Positions 29,101 through 43,773 of a stretch of DNA of 56,612 bases are shown piece after piece (position 1 is the stretch's first letter; each line of letters begins with the position of its first letter). A model generated the notes under the pieces. That model had not been told where the DNA came from and made no database searches. It saw only the letters and a program-made list of their open reading frames with translations. Source of the stretch: Salpingoeca rosetta (taxonomy: Eukaryota > Protista > Choanoflagellata). The stretch spans positions 455,942-512,553 of the forward strand of contig JAWQFM010000029.1 in assembly GCA_033442325.1 (NCBI GenBank). Reading direction: 5' to 3'. The translations under genes were made by a program, and so were the position numbers.

Positions 29101-32100
29101 GGAGTTTGTGCTGAGCATCGACGACGCGCTGGAAACCAAATACCGCCAGGAGCGCCTGAAGGAGGCCATGGAGGAATACACGCAGGAATTGAAGAAGAAG
29201 AAGCAGCAGCAGGAACAGCAGCAGCATGAGACGGTCAGCGGTGATGCGGGCGCACAGCAAGAGCAGCAGCAGCAGCAGCAGCAGCTTCCAGGCACGCGGG
29301 CAGCCGCACTCCTCTCTGACACGACGGCAACAGCGACTGCAGCAGACACAGTTGTGGCAGCAACAACGACACCCGCACCAGAATCTGGCAACCATGGCGA
29401 GAAACGCCAGGAAGAAAAGGATGCGGGAGACAAAGTGGAAGAAGAGGACGGGGCACCCAAGCCCCCAACCCTGGACACGGTTGGGCACAGCTTCTTCCAC
29501 GAGTTTCAGCGCATCTTTGCGCACTTGGCAGGCTCGCAGGAGCGCTCCTACCGGCCCGAGTCGTTCTGGAACACGTTTCTGTTCTACGGCGAGCCCGTGA
29601 ACCCGCGCGAACAGATGGACGTGGCGGAGTTTATTCAGAACTTTGCCGACCAGGTTGACTCGCACCTGCGCGCACACGACCTCCCGCCCATCTTCGAGTG
29701 GACAATTGGGGGCGTGTTCAGCGACCAGAAGCGCGTGAAGGAGTGTGGGTGCATGTACGTGCGCGAGCAGCCGTTTGTGCTGCTGCCGGTCGCTGTGAAG
29801 AACAACGTGACGCTTGAGGAGGCGCTTGCAGAGACGATTCGTGGCGAGACGATTGAGGACTACAGGTGCGAGCGCTGTGACATCCGCGGGACCGCCATCA
29901 AGCGCATGTGCGTGCAGCAGCTGCCGCGCACGCTGATTGTGCACCTGAAGCGGTTTGACTTTGACTGGTCTGCGCAGGAGACGGTCAAGTTCAACGACAA
30001 GTTTGTCTTCCCAGACGAGCTTGACTTGTACCCGTACACGACGGGCGGTGTTGCGGCGCGCGATGCGCAGGAGCAAGCGATGGCCAAGCAGCAGGAACGG
30101 GAGGAGCGGCGGCGACAGCGGCGCGCTGAACGCCGGCAGGCACGCAGGGAGGAGAAGCGAAGACAGAGGGAGGAGAGGGAGAGGCTGCGCAAGAACAAGG
30201 CAGCAGAGGAAAAGAAGGCAGCGGAGGACAAGGTGGAAGAGATGCAGGACGCAAGGAACCAGGTCAAGGCGGATGGACAAGAGGGTGCGGACACGCAACA
30301 AAACGTGGAGGATGGTGCGCATGAGAACAATGGTGCGACTGCTGTGAATGCTGGCGATGAACAACACAACCAGCAACAGCAGCAGCAGCAGCAGCAGCAG
30401 TCTGCGAGTGACGCTGCCATGCGCGAAGACACCAGTGCCTCTGCCACCGAGATGGAGGATGATGACGATGACGATGACGATGATGATGATGTGTCGGACA
30501 GTGAAACTGATGGTGATGGTTCATCCTCGCGTGCCTCTGCCGCGTCCAGCGCGCCACTGGCGTCACCGCCCCTCTCCTCATCCTCTCCCTCATCGTCGTC
30601 GGCCTCGTCACCGCACAGCGGCAACTGTTTGTATGAGTTGCACGGCGTTGTTGTGCACATGGGCAATGCGCGTGCCGGCCACTACTACGCGTACGCGCGT
30701 GTGCGCGAGACGGTGGACACGCTGGAGCAGGGCACCGCTGGCAAGTGGATCAAGTTCAACGACAGCGCCGTGTCGTATGTGGAAGTGACGCCCGAGCTGA
30801 AGGAGGACCAGTTCTTTGGCGGCGACGACTTTGTGGTGACGGCGTACGGGCATTCGCAGAAGAACTACAGCGCCTACCTGCTCATTTATGAGCGAAAGGA
30901 CGTGCTGGCACAGCTGACGGAGGAGGAGTCTGTGCTGCTGCTGGTGCAGAAGGCGCTCAGGGAGACACGCCGCAAACGGCAGCAGGAGAAACGGCAGCAG
31001 CAGCAGCAGCAGCAACCAGACTCGCAGGAGCGGCAGCAGGAAGCCGACGATGGTGGTGGTGATGGTGTTGATGGTGGCATGGCTGTCTCGCCCGAGTGCG
31101 GGGATGAATCCGTGTCGTCGTCGATGCGAACGACACCAACGACAACGACAGCAGCGACTGGTGCCACCATGGACACAACGAGCACCACCTCTGTCGCCAC
31201 CACCGCCATCACAGCAACAGCGACAACCACGAATGACACACGTGGCAGCGGTGCTGATGGCGGTGATGAGGAGGATGCGAGGTTGGCGCGGATGGAGCGG
31301 CAATTGCGCTCGCTGATCAAGCAGCGGCACTTCAGCGAGGAAGTGTGCGAATCGCGGGACATTGTGTCCCAGCTGCGCGCAGACAACCTCAAGTTCAACT
31401 TCCAGCGTGCGGCCTTCTCAAAGGAGCTGTTCTCGCTAGTGCGCAGCCTGGTGGATGCTGGTGGCAGCGTTGACAGCAGTGGCACGAGCGCACGCACGCT
31501 GCGGCTGGTGCTGCACTTCTTCTTCGACATCTATCTGCACCTGCACGCGTCGACGCGCAAGATTGAGGCCAACCTGACGCACTCGCTGACGTTCCTAATG
31601 CGGGTGCGGCCGGAGGTGCAGGACATGGTGCTGGCGTATCTGGTTGAGCGCGAAGACATCCTGCCCATGTTTGTGATTGGCTGCGAGGAGCAGGAGGTGC
31701 GCGAGCTCGTGTTTGATGTCGTGCGTGCGGCGCTTGGCAGCAACACGGCGCCGCCGTCGTCGTCGTCATCATCGACGTCGATCACACCGTCGCCAGCGCA
31801 GGCGTTCCAGCGGCTGCCGCACCTGTCGTCGTTCCTGCTGCAGCTGACCTCGCTCGTCCGCGACAAGGCCGTGCACTTCCCCAGCAACATGTCCCCGGTC
31901 CTGTCGCTGCTCGCCGACTTTGTGGACGTGAGCCCCGCGCACGTTGCCCTGTGCGCGTCTGTGCAGCTGGATGTCGCGCTGGTGCACACGCTGTGGGCGA
32001 CGGCGGGCGCGACGAGCAGCAGTGGCGGTGCAGACCGCAAGCTGACGGTGACACAGCGCATGGACCTTCTTCGCGCCTACGACATCCTCACCGCCGTCTT

Positions 32101-33261
32101 CTTGAAGTCCGACCTCTCCTCTTACGCAACATTGCCGGCCGGCGTGTCCTTCAAGCCAGGTTGGGGAGGGGTGTGTGTGGGTGTGGGTGTGTGTGCGTGT
32201 GCGTGGGTGGGTGTGCGTGTGCGTGTGCGTGTGCGTGTGTGTGGGTGTGTGGGTGTGTGGGTGTGTGGGTGTGACAAAGGGTGGAGGGAGGGGGATTCAA
32301 GATGAGGTGCACCTTGGGTGCGGATGCTTCATGTTGTCATACCCTCTTGCTCGCTGGGATTGTTGCAACTTTCAATAGCCTCTGTTCTTACTCTCTTACA
32401 TCAACGTCATCACATGTGTGTGTGTGTGTGCAGAGTTCAACATTGTGAATGCGCCGCCGCTTCGCCTCTCTCGTCCGCTCTTTGACGTCACCATTGCGTC
32501 AGACTTTCTCTTTGCGGACATCATTACCATGGAGACAAGTGCGTGCCGCTGTTACATGTTTCTGTCTGTGTGTTGTGTGTGTGTAGTGTGTGTGTGTGTG
32601 TGTAGTGTTGTGTTGTGTTGTGTTGTGTTTGTACGTCTGTATCTGTATTGTGTGTGTGTGTGTGTGTTGTGTTGTGTCTGTACTTCTGTATCTGTATGCC
32701 CATTGCTGTTGCCATACCACATCTCACTCACTGCTGTGTTCAAACACGTTGTGTTGTGTTTGCATTCAGTCCAACAAGACCACCTGTCAAGAGTGCTTGT
32801 CCACGCCTGTCGCCGTAACGCATGTAAGTCTTGCCATGTGCCTGCCTTTGTGTGCGTGTGGGGTTGTGTATGTGCTGCGCGGGCGGCTCGGGTCATCGTG
32901 CTCCCCTGCACACTGCTCTCACGTGCATGACGTCAACCCCATCTTCAACAAACAACAACAACAACAACACGTACAGTGCTGTCGACGCGTGTGATTACGC
33001 GGCTGCATGAGGCAATCATCTCGTGCAGTCTCGACGGGCGCCGCTACTGTTCCCTCCTTGCAGACGTCCTCTCCATCCGTGACGAAGTCTCCCTCCACCG
33101 CGCACGTAAGGCGCTGTTCTTGCTTTTGCCCTTGTGCTCTCGTTCTTGTTCTTTTTTTTTTTCTTGTTATTCTTATTCCTGTGCTTGCCATCAACACTTT
33201 TGCATGTCACTTGCGCTTTGGTCCAAACAGCAGCTGACCTCAAACACACACATCACCACAT

Positions 33262-33338
<77 letters not shown>

Positions 33339-34729
33339 GATTCCCCCCCCCCCCATCTTTCCCTTTTCTCGACGCTCTCCAACCTTCCAACCTTCTTCAA
33401 CCTTTGCAATTGCCAGACTTTTCGCTGCACGGCACTGCGGTAGAGGTGCCGTTCACGTACCCCGCCGCCGCCGGCGAGCAGCAGCCGACGACGATGCTGA
33501 AGCAGTTTGGGCTCGAGTCCATGCCCCTGCTGGAGTTTATGCGCATGCTGGAAGGCAACCACGCTGCCAAACTGTACAACCTGGTGTGCGTGGTGGTGAA
33601 GCTCGCCGTGTGCGGGCCCATGGACGTGCAGCGCTACATCCGCACGACGCAGCAGCAGGAGCTGGAGTTTATGCACCGGTGGCTGAACAAGGAGCTGCTG
33701 GCAGCGGCCCGCGAGACGTCGTTTGGAACACAGACCATTGGCACGTCGTCATCGTCGTCGTCGTCGGCACTCACAGCAGGCGGTGTTGGTGCTGGCGCGC
33801 GCACCAGTTTTGGCAGCAGCACCAGTGGAAGCACAGTGCGCGGTGGGCAGAGCACGAGCGAGCGGCTGCACGGATCGCAGGAGCAGTACTCCACGCTGAC
33901 GGCGCTCAAGGACCTGCTCAGGGACACGCAGCAACAGCACCAGCAACAGCACCAGCAGCAGCACCAGCAGCAGCACCAGCAGCAGCACCAGCAGGAAAGC
34001 AGTGCACCGCCGAGTGAGCCCATTGTGAACGCAGTGGCGAGGACACACGGGGCCACAGCGCCGCCTCAGTCATCGGCAGCGCAAACGTCGACGTCGACAG
34101 CATCGACAACTGCGACAGCCACCAGTGGTGTTGGCGGCGGTGTGAGGAAGGAGACGTCGTTCCCTGGGAGTGTTGCGAGCGCACCGCCCACTGATCCCCG
34201 ACTGCAACGGAAGAAGCCGCAGAAGAAGGAGGAGGAGGAAGAGGGCACGAGTCACCACACTGATCATGGTGCTGTTGGTGTTGATGTCGCTGTTGGTGGT
34301 GGTGAACAACAGCAGCCGCAGCAGCAGAGTATGGAAAGCAGCGCGACTGACAAGAATTCGTTTGGTCCCCATGATGATGGTGATGGGGAGGGTGGTGTTG
34401 AGATGCAGGACCTGACCATCACGGGACACGCGCTCACGAGCGAACAGCCGCACAAACGCCACCACGGCAACGACCACCTAGTTGCAGCACAAGAACAACG
34501 ACAACAGCAGCAGTCGGCGATGGCGTCGGTGTCAGCAGCGACGGATGGCGGCGAAGGCGGTGGCGAAGAGAAGACCGCTGGAGGTGAGGATGGTGATGGT
34601 GATGGTGATGGTGCTGACACAATCATCGTGGTTGATGATGATGGTGGTGATGATGATGATGATGATGATGATGATGACAAGGACAAGCGGATGGACACGG
34701 ACGAAGACGCAGAGAACGCGATGCTGTAA
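21224..34729 (+). CDS. Ubiquitin carboxyl-terminal hydrolase, USP9X/USP24/USP34 (fat facets-like) family; 5' portion missing; includes a ~5.9-kb exon (26237-32159)
   Basis: Cys box [19 protein letters not shown] (Cys ~29051); [13 protein letters not shown]; [33 protein letters not shown]; His box [21 protein letters not shown] (His ~30680); WIKFND; SAYLLIYER. The upstream exons (HLWKFL..., LQLPVERFT.., [22 protein letters not shown]) resemble the USP9-family helical region. Confidence 0.9.
23843..23975. repeat. (TTTG)n intronic microsatellite
   Basis: Directly visible. Confidence 0.9.
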
Positions 34730-35041
34730 TGTGTTCGTACATGTGATGGTGTGTGTGTGTGTGTGTATGTGTGTGTGTGTGTGTGTGATTGACTGTCTGT
34801 CTGGCTGTTTTGTCTTGCGTGACGTGAGCTTCCCAAACACGGCAATTAATACATGAACAATCACAACCATCGTGCAACTGAAGACGGGAGAAGCGTCCTG
34901 TGTTCAAACGTGTTTATGGAGCCGCAACAAACTGGATGGACATGGCCGACGTGCAACAGACACATGTGCACATGTGCTCGAGTAACGACAAATGATAGAG
35001 CGAGAAGGCAAGGGAGTGGCGCGTTGTTGTTGTACAAGACG

Positions 35042-35114
35042 CTACGCTCGTCGTACGTCCAGGTTGAATTTACCTGAGGAACAACCGGAATTTGGGAGGG
35101 CGATGTGATGAGCA

Positions 35115-35199
<85 letters not shown>

Positions 35200-36553
35200 G
35201 TGTGTGTGTGTGTGTGCACGCACAAACGAGGCAACGCATGTGCACACAGGAAGTACAAAGAGAGTATACACGCACACGCACACGCACGCACACGCACGCA
35301 CACACACACACACACACACATTGCGCACGCCTCACATGCTGGGAGGGCGGTGATTTCGGCGGATACGGAGGCGGTGATGCCGAGCGCAGCCAGTCCGCCT
35401 TTGATCACACCGCACGGATACGCAAGCAGCTGCACCACAGGTTGCATGCGAACGAGCGAGTGAGGGTGAGGGAGCGCGAAAAGGGGGGTCGAGGGAGTGA
35501 GGTGGGCACACAGAGTCGCAACGAGTGTGCGTGAGTGAGCGTGCTGCGCAAGACCCCATGCCCACCGGTACCCTTTTTGTGTTGCTTCGCGACTTTCAGT
35601 TTTAACCCACCAACTGCACGTTCTCGTCAATGGGGATGGTCCGGGGAAGATGTGTCAGCATCGGGTGTTGGTTGTCATGCAACACATACACGCCCTGCAT
35701 TGCATGTTGGGAATTTGGGGGGGGGGGATTGTATATAGAAAGTCTTCGGAGTGCACACAGGCACGCACGCAAACACACACACACACATACACACACACGC
35801 GCGCGCGCACACACACACACACACAGGCACGCAAACACGCACAGGCACACACACACTCACACTCACACTCACACACACACTCACACACACACACACGCAC
35901 ACACAGAGGCGCGCGCACATACCTTGTGATTTGTTCGGAGGTTGTCGATTTGCTTCTGGAATATTACTTGCCACATATCCTTGCACAGGTATTTGATCAC
36001 GTCCAACTCCCCTTGAAACCGCATGTTTTTCTTTGCTTCGCTGATACACGCGGAATGGCTATCAACCCAGCAACACGAGCGATGAGTACAACAAGGTGAA
36101 AGCGACAACAAGGTGATGTCGGCCAGAAACACAAGCACATTGGCAAGTGTGACAACACACACCTTCACACATCACAAACACACATTCAGACACACACACA
36201 CACACGCAGCACACACAGCAAGGTGCAGGCTGCTGCTGTACCTCTCGAAGAGCGCCAGGCCAGTTCTGTAGCCGATTGCCTCGACGTGTTTGTATCTCGC
36301 ATCCTATCCAAACAAGCACATTCAAAGATGTGACAACGGGAAAACAAGCAACTGTCCTTTCACCTTCAAAGCATGCACACACACTCTCTCTCAGGTTCAC
36401 ATACATACATACGCACACATGCATTCACACGCACTTGCTACGCACACACCAACGCACGTGTGTTGTGGCAATGTCCTTGCTACCGCGGCAGATCTCTGCC
36501 ACCAGGAACTCCACCGCCGACAGCGATGTTGTCTTCAGCGCCGTCGTCGCCAT
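35042..36553 (-). CDS. TRAPPC6: Trafficking protein particle complex subunit 6 (Trs33 homologue); multi-exon
   Basis: Exon peptides [62 protein letters not shown] and [31 protein letters not shown] are characteristic of TRAPPC6. Confidence 0.92.
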
Positions 36554-36786
36554 ATCCACGTCTGAATTCAGTTTGGTGTCTGGTGGAAAAATGCTCCCTG
36601 ATTTCAGGCTATTGAACTGAATTCAGTCATACAATCGACAGAAGGGAGGCGTTGGCGAAAACAAACAGCAAACAGCAAAGACCCGTGCGACAGCGACAGC
36701 GACACACCTCTTGCTCCCCTCGTCCGCTTCCGCCCTCTCATCCAAGCAGCACTCAATCACAACAACAACAGGCACACACGTGCAGG
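36554..36786. promoter_or_regulatory. Probable bidirectional promoter between TRAPPC6 and the WD40 gene
   Basis: The two divergent start codons are only ~233 bp apart. Confidence 0.5.
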
Positions 36787-37562
36787 ATGCCTCGTGAGCT
36801 GGAGCATGTGTGCCGGTTGACAGGGCACAACTGGCAATGCACAAGCGTGGACTTTCATCCAGCAGCAAACATGCTTGTGAGCGGCGGGTTTGATCGCACC
36901 ATCCGCATCTGGGACGTTGACGAGAAGGCTGCGCTGCGTGTCATTGACCGGTCTGCACACGCAGGACCCGTCACCTGCGTCAAGTGGCATCCCAACGGCG
37001 CCCTCATCGCCTCCACATCATCAGGTGGGAAGGGGGGATTAGGGAGAGGGGGAACGACAGGGGGGCTTGTGTGGTGTGGTGTGTGTGTGTGTGTGTGTTG
37101 TGCGTTCACTGTGTGGTGCGTTCACGTGCAATCTAACACGTATCATTAATCTCTTCTTTCTCTTTGTCAATGCAGACAACACAACCTGCTTGTGGGACGC
37201 GAGCACGGGCGAGCGCATGCGCATCCTGCGAGAGCATTTCGGCTGGGTAAACATCCATCGTTCACAAGCTGGGAGGGACTATGCAAGGGGAGGGAGGGTC
37301 TGGTATGAAGAGCTAAGTAGTGCTTACATTTCTCTGTGGTGGTTCGTTGATTTGGGTTTTGCAGGTGTTGCAGTGCAGCTTTGCCCCAGACAGAACAAAG
37401 CTGGCAACTGCATCCTGGGACAAGACAGTTCGTCTCTGGGACCCAAACACAGGCAGGCGAAATGAGCAGATTATGCTGCTACTTTGTCTCGTGTGCATAT
37501 GCGTGTGTGTCTGTTTGTGTGTGCGTGCATGTGTGTGCATATGTGTGTATCTGTGTTTCTGT

Positions 37563-37598
<36 letters not shown>

Positions 37599-37988
37599 CT
37601 GTGTGTGTGTGTGTGTGTTTCCGTGTCTGTCTGCCAGTGGCTGTGCAGCGCTTTGCACGCGTATGCCGAATCAATTCAGATGTTTGTCAACTTGTGCCTC
37701 TTATTGGTCGACGACTGCGCTGCATGTCACATGTCCGCTGCTCACCGATAACACCAATCTCCCTGATGCGCAACAGGCGAGCTCATCAGTACGCTGCGCG
37801 GGCACACCAAAGGCGTGTGGGCGTGCGAGTTTTATCCTGTCGGGCACACATCTGCGCTGCTGGCATCTGGTGGCGAGGACGCAACAGCGCGGCTCTGGGA
37901 CACACGAACGAGGTCTGTGTGTGGGCGTGTGGGGTTGTGTAGGTGGGTGTGGGTGTGTATCTGTGTCTGTGTGTGTGTGTGTGTGCGC

Positions 37989-38019
<31 letters not shown>

Positions 38020-38456
38020 TCTGTCTGTCTGTGTCTGTCTGTCTGTGTGTCTTTGGCGTTTTGTGGTACACGATATGTGAAATATGCAACGGCTCAACTC
38101 AACCAACACACACACACGCACACGCACACATGCGCGCGCGCATGCGCACACGCACACTACACGCTGCGTTGCCCTGACAGGAAAGTTGCGCTGACACTGA
38201 GCGGCGGTCACGCGGATGCGGTGTACAGCGTGGCGTGGTCCAACGACGGCAGTCTCGTCGCAACAGGATCAGCAGACAGAACAGTGTGTTTGAGAGCGGG
38301 AGGCAGTGTGAGGCAGCTGGAGTAGCTGGTGGTTTGGGTCTGTTGGGGCATGGGTTAGTGTGGGGTGTTTGGTTTGCTGGGTGCTGCAGTTGCCGCTGTT
38401 GGGTACAGTAGTGGTTGGATGGCTTGAATTGGGCTTTTGAGTGCACGCTCACCCTG

Positions 38457-38502
<46 letters not shown>

Positions 38503-38734
38503 ATACTTTCCGTTCACACACACACACACACACGAACACACACACGTACACACACACACCACGTATCACCACCGCCCCTTCCTTCTTGTTGTTCACAGGT
38601 GACCATCTGGGACCCCAAGGCCGGAAAAATCCTCCGGTTGCTCAAAGCGCACGAGGACACCGTGAAGAGCGCCGTGTTCTGCCCGCTCAACCAGCACAAC
38701 TCAAACAACATCCTCGCAACAGGTGGGCTCGCTG

Positions 38735-38810
<76 letters not shown>

Positions 38811-39030
38811 ATGCATACGATCACCTGCTTGTCGCAAACCCCACAACCTCCCTGCCCTCATCCCGATTGCCCATCACGACTCATGGTGACCCATTGCGTT
38901 CCGGCAGCGGGCGGGTTCTCCGCGATTCTCTGGAACCCATCGCTCCCAAACAACAATCTCCTCAGCGAGGCCCGCATGGTACTGCTGGAACAAAAACAAT
39001 AGTTGTCCGTGGTAGCGTGTGTCTCTCTGT

Positions 39031-39062
<32 letters not shown>

Positions 39063-40267
39063 TTACCTGTCTGAGTTGACGCCTGACTTGCCACCCGCTT
39101 TTCACCAACCTTCACGCCCCCCCCCCCCTTTCTTGCGATACCAACCCCAAGCCCATCACCATGATCATCACCATACCGCCACAAATCCACACCACCACCA
39201 CCACCACCAGCACGAGCCTGGGAAGGAGGTTGAGGCTGTGAGTGTGTCCTCAAGTGGAAAGTTTCTTGCGACGGGCGGGCGTGACGGCTCTGTGTGCGTT
39301 GCGCGCATCCCCGCATACAGAAACGACCCCTTTGAAGGCATTGACCCGGTGCGTTGGACATTACCAATGTGGCGGCGGCCACTGTTGCTGTTCTTGTTAT
39401 TGTTGTTCTTGTTGTTCTTGTTGTTCTTGTTGTTCTTGTCGTTCTTGTTGTTCTTGAAACGGATGTGATTGAGATCCCGTGGTGGTTTTGCACACTGCGT
39501 TGTCTCCTCGTGAACGCATCACGATCGTCTCATCACACGACACAACACAACAAATCCCAACCACCATCATCAATGCTTACCCACCACCACCATGATCACC
39601 ATGATCACCACGATCACCATCATCAATGCTTACCCACCACCACCATGATCACCATGATCACCACGACCACCACGACCCACAGAGCACGCGGCGGCAGACA
39701 AAGGCGGCAGAGTCGTGGTTGCGTCAGGGCAAGGCCGGGAGCATGCAGCGCAACGTGACGATTCCCGACCTCAAACCGCTGACGATCAAGGAGCAGATGG
39801 AGCAGGAATCCGTCCGCCGCGCAATGCAGGACGAGCGCAGCGTCTGGCTCAACAGGAACAAGGTGGGTTGGGAGACTTGTGAGAGGATGCGTTGGAGACG
39901 TGTAAATGAGAGAGAGAAAAAGAGTGTGTGTGTGTGTGTGCGTGTGTGTGTGTGTGTGTGTGTTGCCTTTGTTGCTATGTGGCTCGCTCCCTTCCAAAAC
40001 GCCACCATTTTCCTCACCAACTCAATCATCCTTGTGCAACACATCACCACCATCATTGTCATCATTGTCATCATTGCCATCGTCAGCGGGGCGATGGCGA
40101 CACCGATGACAAGGACGCGTCAGACGCCCCGCGCCGCAGAGTGGTGCGAAGGAATCAGAGCGTGCCTCTGTATTGATTGCTCTTGGTCACACTATGTGCT
40201 TGAACGAATGTTCCTCTGCAGTCATTCACATACGTGCCTTCCTCACCACCACCAACTCAAACAACCC

Positions 40268-40318
<51 letters not shown>

Positions 40319-40551
40319 CTCAAATAACCCAAACAACAGAACCCGTCCAAACTGCTGCAGTCCCGCGGGTTTGACCGCGATGGCTTCACGCGTCCCGCAC
40401 ACGACGAAGACGACGATGAAGATGATGGCGATGGTGCCAGTGAGGCAACAGCGCGGGATGAGACTTTGGGCGATGAGGCAGCAGCTGAGGTGGCGAGCGA
40501 AGGCATTCCCGAGGAGGAAGCAGTCACAAAGCCCAGTGAGTTTTGTGTCTG

Positions 40552-40582
<31 letters not shown>

Positions 40583-41337
40583 GTCTGTGTCTGTGAACAT
40601 TGCATCTCCACTGGCGCTAAACCTACACATCCTTCTTATCTGACTCCTTCCTCTCCATCTATCCCAACAACCAACCCAACAAACCCACCAACTGCGTGCC
40701 CAGCGCTCGTGCCGCTGAAGAAGACTGCAATGCTTGACGACCACGGGAAAGTTCATCCCATGGTCGCCGCCGCACGCAAACACGCACCAAAGGAGGTGCG
40801 CCGCCTCTGTTTTGTTGCTTGTGTCTGTCTGTCTGTGTCTGTCTGTGTGTGTGTGTGTGTCTGTCTGTGTGTCTGTCTGTGTGTGTCTGTGTTTGATTGC
40901 TTGTGTCTGTGTGTGTTTGGTTGCTTGTAGTTGCTTGTTGGGGTTGACGTCGTGTGCGGCTTGTCTGCATGTATGCGTTTGCCCCTGCACTCTCGCCACC
41001 AACGTGCGCTCCCTCTTCCCACACTCACTCGAAATGCACATTCACACATATTCACAGGCGCCGCAGCCCACGAACAAGGCGGAGAATGTGGATGACCTCA
41101 TGACGATGCTGCAGCAGACAACAGACGTCGGTAGTGACGGTCAGGACCAGCAACAGCAAGTGCTGCGCCGTCTGGATAAGCGACGCGCGTCCTCGCGTCC
41201 GGCGTCGTCCGTGGAGGAACTGCTCGACTACTCGAAACCGCTCCTGGAGCGCCGGCCCAGGGTGAGGCACCGCTGCAGCGAGGCGGGTGGATGCGCGGTG
41301 GGGGTTGGGGGGGGGGTGTCTGTGTGTGTGTGTGTAT

Positions 41338-41414
<77 letters not shown>

Positions 41415-41864
41415 GTGTGTNNNNNNNNNNNNNNNNNNNNNNNNNNNNNNNNNNNNNNNNNNNNNNNNNNNNNNNNNNNNNNNNNNNNNNNNNNNNNNNN
41501 NNNNNNNNNNNNNNNNNNNNCACACACACACACACACACACACACATCCCCACCACACACACACACACATCCCCACACATACACACACACACCTCGTCTA
41601 TGTCCCCATTTTGCACCCTCTCGTTCACACACACACACACACACACACACTTTGCTGTTCTTGATTATATTCGTGCGACATGTCCACTACTGGTTTGTCG
41701 CAGACACGCACAACACACAGAACGCGCACGTGCTCGTGCAGAGAGAGGCTGTTGCTTCCACTGGAGAGCAACAAGAAGAGGAAGAAAAAAGGGGGGGGGG
41801 AGAAGAAGAAGGGGCAGCAAGGCAAGGCAAGGCAACAAGGTGTGCCTGTGAAAACAACGCGTAG
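36787..41864 (+). CDS. WD40-repeat protein (~7 repeats) with a low-complexity C-terminal extension; 3' end uncertain because the model crosses a gap
   Basis: WD repeats: LTGHNWQCTSVDFHP..VSGGFDRTIRIWD; HAGPVTCVKWHP; LATASWDKTVRLWD; LRGHTKGVWAC..ASGGEDATARLWD; GHADAVYSVAWS..ATGSADRTVTIWD; AHEDTVKSAVF; LATGGRDGSV. Confidence 0.85.
41421..41520. other. Assembly gap (100 N) between a (TG)n tract and a (CA)n tract
   Basis: Run of N. Confidence 1.
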
Positions 41865-42582
41865 CAAACAAGCATGACAACAAGCCAGCCAACCCCTGCA
41901 ACCGTGGCAACCGGCCAGGTTAGGCACAGCCACGCTTGCTTGCACGCAAGAAACGAGGGGAGAAAGAGAAAGAGAAGAAGGTGGAGGAGAAGGAGAAGGA
42001 ATCCAGTGAAGAAAGGATCCGCAAGTCCCTTAAACCGGAGAAAAAGAAAACAGAGGCGTGCAAATGCACAAACGCACACGTGTCCACACGTGCACAAGAA
42101 GAGAGGAAAGGAGGGGGAAAGGGTTCACGCAAGACAAATAAAACGTACCGCCGTGCTTGCATGCAAACACGAGCTGGTGCGACAATTAATGGTCCCAGGA
42201 CCAAAACGCAAAACGGAAGCAAAGGAAGCAAAGCATTCACATCACTCACAGCCACCACCATTCACATACAAGACAGAAGGGGGGAAGAGGCAAGAGGGGA
42301 GAAGGAAAAGAAAGACGAGGGTGGAAGCAATGCGTGCATGAGACTCAGCTCACATCACTTCGCGGCCACCACCATGGACGAAGAGGCGTTCACCGCGACA
42401 ACGCACAACGTGCCCTGTTGAAGCACCAACCAACCAACAAACAAACAAACACAACAAAACGAAGGAACCAAGCACGAAGCATGCACCAACGCTTGCAGCG
42501 CGGGCATGGCACCTCATGCAATCAGAACACCACCAAAACAGCACTTCAATGGCATCCAGCCATGACACAAACGAACACACGC

Positions 42583-42625
<43 letters not shown>

Positions 42626-42727
42626 TGAACGAGAAACGTCACGGCAAATGAACAGGGCTGATGGAGCGAACAACAGCATCAGCCAACGATGGCGGCGCCT
42701 GTGGTGCTGTTGCCGATGGGCCGTTAA

Positions 42728-42979
42728 TCACGCCTTCTTGGTGATGCGGGCGTGGCGGGCGTGCGTGACAAAGCCGAGGATGGTGTCAAGCTCGTGGATG
42801 GGCTGGCGCGTGAAGTGCACGGCAAGCAGCTGCGGTGATGGGCCAGGGAGGAGGGGGATGTGAGCATGTGAGGAGGGAAGTCGGTGTGGTGGTGCAGGCA
42901 GGCAGGTGGGCAAACGTACGTGTATTTGCGGATACACGGGTACACAGGTACAAACAGGGAAACACACAGGGAAACACAC

Positions 42980-43075
<96 letters not shown>

Positions 43076-43773
43076 ACACACACATACACACACACACACG
43101 CACACACACGCACATACAAGACGGCGGCGCACCTTGGGCACGTTGCCGAGGGCGGAATTTGCAGCTGCGCTGCTGCCAAGGGGCTTGCCCACCGTCTCTA
43201 CCAAGCTGTGGTGGTGCTCGCACGCAAAGTACGTGGCACGGGATTTCCGCTGCGCACGCCCATACACGATGAGCATGGATGGGGGGGGGGGGGAGGGATC
43301 ATCAACGTGAGAGAGAGGAGACGAAACGAACAGCAGGCATGAGAACCGCATCGGCGCCATACAAAATCAAATGCGATTGATGTGCCAGGCATTGCCATGG
43401 CATGACACATGATGGGTGGTGCAGGCTTGCTTGTTCCTCAGCACAACCGACCACAAATCCAAAAGTCATACACACACACATACACACACACACACACATA
43501 TGCGCGAATGATCGACAAGCACACAAGCACACACAAGCACGCACGCAAAAGCAAGGCATGGGAGACCAAACGCACCTTCAGCTTGAATCCGCTCTGGGAG
43601 AAGCGCTGGCGCTGTACAGAGGTGAGCATGGGCCCAAACGCGGGCTGTCCACAAGCCTTGCCACCCTCCATCACGCTGCAGGTTTTCCTGCCCTGTTTCT
43701 TCTCATGATGACCCGAGCTGCTGCTTGTGTTGTTGTTGCTCGCCGTGCTGTTGGCTGTTGCAGGCTGCGTCAT
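42728..43773 (-). CDS. SAP30: SAP30-like Sin3/HDAC complex subunit (exons ~43773-43576, 43249-43133, 42829-42728)
   Basis: The N-terminal zinc-finger pattern TCSVMEGGKACGQPA...YFACEHHHSLVETV resembles SAP30 (CCLREDGERCGRAA...YICDYHKNLIQSV). The C-terminus LAVHFTRQPIHELDTILGFV resembles the end of the SAP30 Sin3-binding domain (HFRSIPVNEKDTLTYFI). Confidence 0.72.
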
